From IMG/VR virus record IMGVR_UViG_3300042324_002009, positions 17,709 through 81,708 of that record: 64,000 nt of DNA. One strand, 5' to 3'. The translations under genes were made by a program, and so were the position numbers. Numbering within the stretch: the first letter of the stretch is position 1; each line of letters opens with the position of its first letter. Below the pieces are notes generated by a model. It worked only from the letters and a program-made list of their open reading frames with translations, had not been told where the DNA came from and did not search any database. Below are positions 61,001-64,000 of the stretch, piece after piece. Origin of the DNA: a virus.

Positions 61001-64000
61001 AAGCGGAACTTCAGGTTCTTCCGGCTTAACTGGTAGCTCAGGAACTAGTGGAACTTCCGGTTCTAATGGTTCTAGTGGTACATCAGGTTCAAACGGTTCT
61101 AATGGTTCTTCAGGAACGTCAGGGTCAAACGGTTCTAACGGTTCTTCAGGAACGTCAGGGTCAAACGGATCTAATGGTTCTTCTGGAACTTCAGGTTCTA
61201 ACGGTAGCTCAGGAACATCTGGTTCAAATGGATCAAACGGTAGCTCAGGAACATCTGGTTCAAATGGCTCTAATGGTAGCTCAGGAACTTCAGGATCTTC
61301 AGGAACAAGAGGTACTTCAGGTACTTCTGGTACTAGTGGAACTTCAGGTTCAAACGGTTCATCTGGAACTTCAGGAACAAGCGGTTCAAACGGTTCAAGT
61401 GGAACTTCAGGTTCTAATGGATCAAATGGAAGCTCAGGAACTTCAGGTTCAAACGGTTCTTCTGGCACATCAGGTTCTAATGGTTCTTCTGGAACTTCAG
61501 GAACCAGAGGTACTTCTGGTACATCTGGAACAAGCGGAACTTCCGGTTCAAACGGATCAAACGGAAGTTCTGGTACATCAGGTTCTAATGGCTCAAATGG
61601 ATCAAGCGGTACTTCTGGTTCTAATGGCTCAAATGGTAGTTCAGGAACTTCAGGTTCTAATGGATCAAATGGAAGCTCTGGTACCTCAGGGTCTAATGGT
61701 TCTAATGGTTCTTCTGGAACTAGTGGAACTTCAGGTTCTAATGGATCTTCTGGAACATCTGGTACTTCAGGTTCTAATGGCTCAAACGGTAGCTCTGGTA
61801 CTTCCGGCTCAAATGGTTCTTCAGGAACATCTGGTTCAAATGGATCAAACGGTTCAAGTGGAACGTCAGGTTCTAATGGTTCTTCTGGAACTTCAGGAAC
61901 AAGAGGTTCTTCTGGAACTTCGGGAACAAGCGGAACATCAGGTTCAAATGGTTCTAACGGCTCAAGTGGTACCTCAGGTTCTAATGGATCAAATGGTTCT
62001 TCTGGAACTTCTGGTTCTAATGGATCAAATGGTTCTTCTGGAACTTCAGGTTCTAACGGTAGCTCAGGTACTTCCGGTTCTAACGGCTCAAGCGGAACCT
62101 CAGGTTCAAACGGCTCAAATGGTTCAAGTGGAACTTCAGGTTCAAACGGCTCAAATGGTAGCTCAGGAACATCTGGTTCAAACGGAAGCTCAGGAACTTC
62201 AGGTACTTCAGGTTCAAATGGTTCTAATGGCTCAAGTGGAACATCAGGTTCAAATGGTTCTTCAGGAACATCAGGTTCAAATGGATCAAACGGTTCAAGC
62301 GGTACTTCTGGTTCAAATGGTTCAAACGGTTCTAGTGGAACTTCAGGTACCTCAGGCTCTAACGGCTCAAATGGTAGCTCAGGAACATCCGGCTCAAATG
62401 GTTCTTCAGGAACTTCTGGAACAAGAGGTACTTCAGGTACTTCTGGTTCAAACGGTAGCTCAGGAACATCCGGCTCAAATGGTTCAAACGGTTCAAGCGG
62501 TACGTCTGGCTCAAACGGTTCTTCGGGAACTTCTGGTTCAAATGGTAGCTCAGGAACCTCTGGTTCAAACGGTTCAAGCGGTAGCTCAGGAACATCCGGC
62601 TCAAATGGTTCAAACGGTTCAAGCGGTACTTCTGGCTCAAATGGAAGCTCAGGTACTTCAGGTTCTAATGGTTCTAACGGAAGTTCTGGTACATCAGGTT
62701 CAAATGGCTCAAATGGATCTTCAGGTACATCAGGTTCAAATGGTTCTAACGGAAGTTCTGGTACATCAGGTTCAAATGGCTCTAACGGAAGTTCTGGTAC
62801 ATCAGGTTCTAATGGTTCTTCAGGAACTTCCGGCTCAAACGGCTCAAACGGCTCTAGTGGAACTTCTGGTTCAAATGGCAGTTCCGGTACTTCAGGAACA
62901 CGTGGTACTTCTGGTACATCCGGTTCTAATGGAAGCTCAGGAACGTCCGGCACATCAGGCTCAACTGGAGCAAGTGGAGCAGCAATTAGTGACGGTTGGG
63001 ATTGGGGTACTCCATTAGCCAGTACTAAAATTTATAGTAATAATGGTAATTTAGATGCTGCAACTTCTCTATTAAACATAGCGGAAGTTTCATTAACTTC
63101 AACCAATTATAGTGGAGTGTATCCATCAATTGGTACTGGCACACTAATTAAGACAAATGGTGGAATTGGTGGTCAAATTGTATATTATAGAACAACTGGT
63201 GTAGGTTTTGATACTGGAATATATTGGGAATTTCCAGTAACTTATGTTTCAGGTACACCTTGGACGCCATCTGCTGGCACTGATATTATTGTTGACATAT
63301 CTGCTGCAGGTGTATCAGGCTCGTCTGGTACTTCAGGAACACGTGGTACTTCAGGTACTTCAGGCTCAAATGGTTCTTCTGGAACCTCAGGTTCTAATGG
63401 ATCAAATGGAAGCTCGGGTACATCAGGTTCTAATGGTTCTTCTGGAACTTCAGGTTCTAACGGATCAAACGGTAGCTCTGGTTCTTCTGGAACACGAGGT
63501 ACGTCAGGAACCTCTGGTACATCTGGTTCAAACGGTTCTTCTGGAACATCAGGTACTTCAGGTTCTAATGGCAGCTCAGGTACATCAGGAACTTCAGGAT
63601 CAGCTGGTACTAGTGGTACAAGTTTTATATGGAAAGGTATTTGGGTTGGTGGTACTCTTTATGCGATTAATGATGTAATTTCATTTAACGGAAGTTCTTA
63701 TATTTCTATAGTATCAAGTAATATAGGAAATAACCCGTCTACTAGTCCAGCGCAATGGACGCTAATGGCATCTGCTGGGTCAAACGGCTCATCAGGTACA
63801 AGTGGTACATCAGGCTCAAATGGTAGCTCTGGAACTTCTGGTTCAAATGGCTCAAATGGAAGTTCTGGAACTTCAGGAACAAGAGGTACTTCTGGAACTT
63901 CTGGTTCAAATGGATCATCTGGTACTTCTGGTACATCCGGTTCAAACGGTTCTTCTGGAACTTCTGGTTCTAATGGATCAAATGGCTCATCAGGTACAAG
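52068..64000 (+). CDS. Giant Gly-X-Y fibre protein 3 (>3970 aa, 3'-truncated; absent from ORF track) with delta-60-repeat beta-propeller and CBM5/12-like module
   Basis: ATG at 52068 (MSYKITSPGGVELND...), and the same frame reads TSGSNGSNGSSGT at the window end. Contains delta-60/DUF5122-like repeats (VQADGKILVGGVFTTFDGNTRNRLIRLNSDGTEDTAF, ~52380-53460), a Gly-X-Y block at 53481-62984, an insert at 62985-63308, and WKGIWVGGTLYAINDVISFNGSSY...QWTLMA (~63630-63770). Confidence 0.9.
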   Translation, partial: MSYKITSPGGVELNDSSANPKLGLLIPTIDDITNASGSAKEGSVIYNKLDNNIYRFTGAAWESAAGSSGTSGTSGSSGTAGTSGSSAIDGISNESFNSSLVTAFTNTTNDSEVITIVNQLSTKIVIGGYFTTFKGATRKSLVRLNIDGSEDIGFYSNLGTGFSAGTYVETVSVQADEKLIIGGDFTTFNTNTRNRLIRLNSNGTEDTAFYTNLGLGFNGTVIQSAVQADGKILVGGVFTTFDGNTRNRLIRLNSDGTEDTAFYTNLGSGITSQVNAITIQSDNSILIGTAAGLIKLNANGTLDSAFNSNLGSNAVDILAIACQADGLILVGGGFTTFNGTTKNGLIRLNSNGTEDTAFYTKIGTGFTGAFTPLGFTINVQSDGRILVGGGFDSFNGGTRHKLVRLFADGTEDIRFYAALGSAVGPGSPSGSQINTILLKNNLILVGGAFTTLNGVTLNNLFSLYNNSNLSSGTVGSSGSNGTNGSSGSSGTSGTSGESGSNGSSGTSGSNGSNGSSGTSGSNGSHGSSGTSGTSGSNGSSGTSGSNGSNGSSGTSGSNGSSGTSGTSGSNGSNGSSGTSGSSGSNGSSGTSGSSGSNGSSGTSGSNGSSGTSGSNGSNGSSGTSGSNGSSGTSGTSGSNGSSGTSGSNGSNGSSGTSGSNGSSGSSGTSGSNGSSGTSGSSGSTGTSGTSGSNGSSGTSGSNGSSGTSGSNGSNGSSGTSGTSGSNGSSGTSGTSGSTGSNGSSGTSGSNGSNGSSGTSGTSGSNGSSGTSGSNGSSGTSGSNGSNGSSGTSGSNGSNGSSGTSGTSGSNGLNGSSGTSGSNGSSGTSGSNGSSGTSGTSGSNGSSGTSGSNGSSGTSGTSGSNGSSGTSGSNGSSGTSGSSGTSGSNGSNGSSGTSGESGSNGTSGTSGTSGSTGTSGTSGTSGTSGTSGSNGSSGTSGSNGSSGTSGSNGSNGSSGTSGSNGSSGTSGSNGSNGSSGTSGSNGSSGTSGTSGSNGSNGSSGTSGSNGSSGTSGTSGTSGSNGSSGTSGSNGSSGTSGSNGSSGTSGTSGSNGSSGTSGSNGSNGSSGTSGTSGSNGSNGSSGTSGSNGSSGTSGTSGSDGTSGTSGTSGSNGSNGSSGTSGTSGTSGSNGSSGTSGSNGSNGSSGTSGSNGSSGTSGSNGSNGSSGTSGSNGSNGSSGTSGTSGSNGSSGTSGTSGSNGSSGTSGSNGSSGTSGTSGTSGTSGSNGSSGTSGSNGSNGSSGTSGTSGSTGSSGTSGTSGSNGSSGTAGSSGTSGSNGSSGTSGSNGSSGTSGTSGSNGSHGSSGTSGSTGSSGTSGTSGTSGSTGSSGTSGTSGTSGSTGTSGTSGSNGSSGTSGTSGSNGSSGTSGSSGTSGTSGSNGSSGTSGTSGTSGSNGSSGTSGSNGSNGSSGTSGTSGSNGSNGSSGTSGSNGSNGSSGTSGTSGTSGSNGSNGSSGTSGSSGTSGTSGSNGSSGTSGSNGSSGTSGSNGSNGSSGTSGTSGSNGTSGTSGSNGSSGTSGSNGSSGTSGTSGTSGSNGSNGSSGTSGSNGSNGSSGTSGSNGSSGTSGSNGSSGTSGTSGSNGSNGSSGTSGSNGSSGTSGTSGSNGTSGTSGSNGSNGSSGTSGSNGSNGSSGTSGTSGTSGTSGSSGTSGTSGSNGSSGTSGSNGSNGSSGTSGSNGSSGTSGTSGSTGTSGTSGSSGTSGTRGTSGTSGTAGSSGTSGTSGSTGTSGTSGISGVDGSNGTSGTSGTSGSNGSSGTSGTSGSNGSSGSSGTSGTSGSTGTSGTSGSTGTSGTSGSSGTSGSSGTSGTSGTSGSNGSSGTSGSNGSNGSSGTSGTRGTSGTSGSNGSSGTSGTSGSTGTSGTSGSNGSSGSSGTSGTSGSNGSSGTSGSNGSNGSSGTSGSNGSNGSSGTSGTSGSNGSNGTSGSNGSNGSSGTSGSNGSSGTSGTSGSNGSSGTSGSTGSNGSSGTSGSNGSSGTSGSNGSNGSSGTSGSNGSSGTSGSNGSSGTSGSNGSNGSSGTSGSNGSSGTSGSNGSSGTSGSNGSSGTSGTSGSNGSSGTSGTSGSNGSSGTSGSNGSNGSSGTSGSNGSNGSSGTSGSNGSSGTSGSNGSSGTSGSNGSNGSSGTSGSNGSNGSSGTSGSNGSNGSSGTSGTSGSNGSNGSSGTSGSTGTSGTSGSNGTSGTSGSNGSSGTSGLNGSNGSSGTSGSNGSSGTSGSNGSSGTSGTSGSNGSSGTSGTSGSNGSNGSSGTSGTSGTSGTTGSTGTSGTSGSSGSIGTSGTSGTSGTSGSNGSSGTSGSNGSNGSSGTSGSNGSSGTSGSNGSNGSSGTSGSNGSNGSSGTSGSNGSNGSSGTSGSNGSNGSSGTSGSNGSNGSSGTSGSSGTRGTSGTSGTSGTSGSNGSSGTSGTSGSSGSNGSSGTSGTSGSNGSSGTSGTSGSNGSNGSSGTSGSNGSNGSSGTSGSNGSSGTSGSLGTSGTSGSSGSNGSSGTSGTSGSNGSSGTSGSNGSNGSSGTSGSNGSSGSSGTSGSNGSSGTSGSLGTSGTSGSNGSNGSSGTSGSNGSNGSSGTSGSNGSNGSSGTSGSNGSSGSSGTSGSNGSSGTSGSSGTSGSNGSNGSSGTSGSNGSSGTSGSNGSNGSSGTSGTSGSNGSNGSSGTSGSNGSNGSSGTSGTSGSNGSNGSSGTSGSNGSSGTSGTSGSNGSNGSSGTSGSNGSSGTSGSNGSSGTSGSNGSNGSSGTSGSSGTRGTSGTSGTSGTSGTSGSNGSNGSSGTSGTSGSNGSNGSSGTSGTSGSNGSSGTSGSNGSSGSSGTSGTRGTSGTSGTSGTSGSNGSSGTSGTSGSNGSSGTSGTSGSNGSNGSSGTSGSNGSNGSSGTSGSNGSSGTSGSNGSNGSSGTSGTSGSNGSSGSSGTSGSNGSSGTSGSNGSNGSSGTSGSSGTSGSSGTRGTSGTSGTSGTSGSTGTSGTSGTSGSNGSNGSSGTSGSNGSNGSSGTSGSSGLTGSSGTSGTSGSNGSSGTSGSNGSNGSSGTSGSNGSNGSSGTSGSNGSNGSSGTSGSNGSSGTSGSNGSNGSSGTSGSNGSNGSSGTSGSSGTRGTSGTSGTSGTSGSNGSSGTSGTSGSNGSSGTSGSNGSNGSSGTSGSNGSSGTSGSNGSSGTSGTRGTSGTSGTSGTSGSNGSNGSSGTSGSNGSNGSSGTSGSNGSNGSSGTSGSNGSNGSSGTSGSNGSNGSSGTSGTSGSNGSSGTSGTSGSNGSNGSSGTSGSNGSSGTSGSNGSNGSSGTSGSNGSSGTSGTRGSSGTSGTSGTSGSNGSNGSSGTSGSNGSNGSSGTSGSNGSNGSSGTSGSNGSSGTSGSNGSSGTSGSNGSNGSSGTSGSNGSNGSSGTSGSNGSSGTSGTSGSNGSNGSSGTSGSNGSSGTSGSNGSNGSSGTSGSNGSNGSSGTSGTSGSNGSNGSSGTSGSNGSSGTSGTRGTSGTSGSNGSSGTSGSNGSNGSSGTSGSNGSSGTSGSNGSSGTSGSNGSSGSSGTSGSNGSNGSSGTSGSNGSSGTSGSNGSNGSSGTSGSNGSNGSSGTSGSNGSNGSSGTSGSNGSNGSSGTSGSNGSSGTSGSNGSNGSSGTSGSNGSSGTSGTRGTSGTSGSNGSSGTSGTSGSTGASGAAISDGWDWGTPLASTKIYSNNGNLDAATSLLNIAEVSLTSTNYSGVYPSIGTGTLIKTNGGIGGQIVYYRTTGVGFDTGIYWEFPVTYVSGTPWTPSAGTDIIVDISAAGVSGSSGTSGTRGTSGTSGSNGSSGTSGSNGSNGSSGTSGSNGSSGTSGSNGSNGSSGSSGTRGTSGTSGTSGSNGSSGTSGTSGSNGSSGTSGTSGSAGTSGTSFIWKGIWVGGTLYAINDVISFNGSSYISIVSSNIGNNPSTSPAQWTLMASAGSNGSSGTSGTSGSNGSSGTSGSNGSNGSSGTSGTRGTSGTSGSNGSSGTSGTSGSNGSSGTSGSNGSNGSSGT
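53481..62984 (+). repeat. 9,504-nt low-complexity Gly-X-Y coding array (GSN/GSS/GTS), 1,056 triplets
   Basis: 9-nt periodicity GGN-(TCN/ACN/AGY)-(AAY/TCN/AGY). Length is exactly divisible by 9, and the antisense shadow ORF shows Pro at every third residue. Confidence 0.92.

Noticed and set aside
53360-62953. 3197-aa minus-strand (P-E-V/P-L-E/P-F-D) ORF
   Set aside because: Antisense shadow of the Gly-X-Y array: GGN codons read as Pro in an offset reverse frame that happens to lack stops. The plus frame has a start, a promoter motif and real domains.
42670-63945. Many LVLQVQM-type (+) and YRLNLK-type (-) ORFs
   Set aside because: Alternative frames of the low-complexity repeat, nested in the real genes with no independent signals.
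42770-64000. CRISPR array or non-coding satellite
   Set aside because: No constant repeat with unique spacers. Variation is concentrated at synonymous positions, which indicates protein coding.
44640-64000. Bacterial ice-nucleation protein (InaZ-like)
   Set aside because: Lacks the 16-residue AGYGSTxTA periodicity and Tyr ladder, and the period here is strictly 3. Ice-binding via a PPII bundle cannot be excluded but has no direct support.
1-64000. Stop-codon reassignment as seen in some large phages
   Set aside because: Standard code 11 gives long, densely packed, intact genes (NrdJ, GroEL, multi-kb structural ORFs).
1-64000. tRNA/rRNA genes, integrase or transposase
   Set aside because: None recognisable. 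Intergenic gaps are short and AT-rich with no cloverleaf or T-loop motif seen.

Overview
AT-rich segment of a large T4-like (jumbo) tailed-phage genome, most likely infecting a Bacteroidetes host. The host call is inferred from the Bacteroidetes-type NrdJ, 3'-5' exonuclease and Hc1-like protein, and from A-rich starts lacking Shine-Dalgarno sites. Left arm (1-13.9 kb, minus strand): partial 5'-3' exonuclease/RNase H, gp32-like SSB, Hc1-like protein, two probable internal head proteins, B12-dependent RNR, ribosomal-S1-like protein, a large unknown protein, GroEL and a DEDD exonuclease. Right arm (14.1-64 kb, plus strand): RuvC-like nuclease, gp55-like late sigma factor, baseplate/tail/neck structural genes and an amidoligase. 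These are followed by the most notable locus: a Thr-tract mucin-like protein, a glycosyltransferase with plant HPAT/SERGT1 (GT95/GT96)-like motifs, and three Pro-free Ser/Thr-rich Gly-X-Y proteins. The third starts at 52068, is missing from the ORF track, exceeds 3,970 aa and has 1,056 triplets in one block. This looks like a phage-encoded protein O-glycosylation system building giant glycosylated fibres. Two promoter classes can be read directly from the sequence: (A/T)AAAC-N17-TANAAT and the late-type ATAAATAA. All family assignments come from motif recognition, not database searches.
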